IMG/VR virus record: IMGVR_UViG_2778261502_000008
Length of the DNA stretch: 6,193 nt
Reading direction: 5' to 3' (one strand)
Origin: a virus
Taxonomy: Duplodnaviria > Heunggongvirae > Uroviricota > Caudoviricetes
Positions 5,975 through 6,193 of the stretch are shown here, in pieces. Under the pieces are notes generated by a model, which saw only the letters and a list, made by a program, of their open reading frames with translations, was not told where the DNA came from and did not search any database. Numbering within the stretch: the first letter of the stretch is position 1; the number at the start of each line of letters is the position of its first letter. The position numbers and the translations under genes are program-made.

Positions 5975-6193
5975 ATGTTTCATTGTCCTTTATGCCAGCA
6001 TGCCGCACATGCGCGTACAAGCCGCTATATCACTGACACGACAAAAGAGCGTTATCACCAGTGTCAGAACGTGAATTGCAGCGCCACGTTCATCACCTAT
6101 GAGTCGGTACAGAGATACATCGTGAAGCCGGGAGAAGTCCACGCCGTAAGGCCGCACCCGTTGCCGTCAGGGCAGCAAATTATGTGGATGTGA
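5975..6193 (+). CDS. ogr: Ogr-family zinc-finger late transcription activator (P2 Ogr / E. coli OgrK-like), 72 aa
   Basis: ATG at 5975 to TGA 6191-6193. Protein MFHCPLCQHAAHARTSRYITDTTKERYHQCQNVNCSATFITYESVQRYIVKPGEVHAVRPHPLPSGQQIMWM has the C-x2-C...C-x4-C zinc-finger arrangement and matches Ogr as I recall it. The track ORF from 5912 is a TTG-initiated upstream extension that overlaps the predicted promoter and is unlikely to be real. Confidence 0.9.
   Translation: MFHCPLCQHAAHARTSRYITDTTKERYHQCQNVNCSATFITYESVQRYIVKPGEVHAVRPHPLPSGQQIMWM

Noticed and set aside
1-6193. Possibility that the window carries a defence-system cargo at the P2 hotspot between tail fibre gene G and FI, or a tailocin (R-pyocin-like) cluster
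   Set aside because: The G to FI hotspot region is entirely absent (deleted), and every sizeable ORF is accounted for by canonical P2 structural or regulatory genes. The sheath lacks its N-terminus and U and the baseplate genes are missing, so a functional tailocin is not supported. I saw no CRISPR repeats, tRNA-like structures or IS-type terminal inverted repeats.

Overview
This window reads as the tail-module end of a degraded P2-family (Peduovirus-like) prophage from an enterobacterium, not as a novel system. I found no defence, toxin or other cargo genes, and no tRNA, rRNA, CRISPR or IS elements. Gene identities rest on my recall of P2 proteins and on hand translation; no database search was run. 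The minus strand carries an uninterrupted terminase large-subunit gene (gpP-like) from 1572 to beyond the window start. The plus strand carries tail sheath FI, tail tube FII, an 18-codon stub of gpE, a short tape-measure ORF, baseplate hub gpD and the zinc-finger late activator Ogr. What stands out is three apparent internal deletion scars relative to canonical P2 order (Q P | O N M L ... H G Z | FI FII E T U D ogr): (1) the P start codon sits 34 bp from an FI reading frame that lacks its N-terminus; (2) gpE breaks off after about 10 codons and the tape-measure frame has no ATG start; (3) the tape-measure ORF is about half the expected length and appears fused in frame to the last ~39 codons of gpU. 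FII, D and ogr look intact, and ogr has a good sigma70-like promoter. The remnant probably cannot build a tail.
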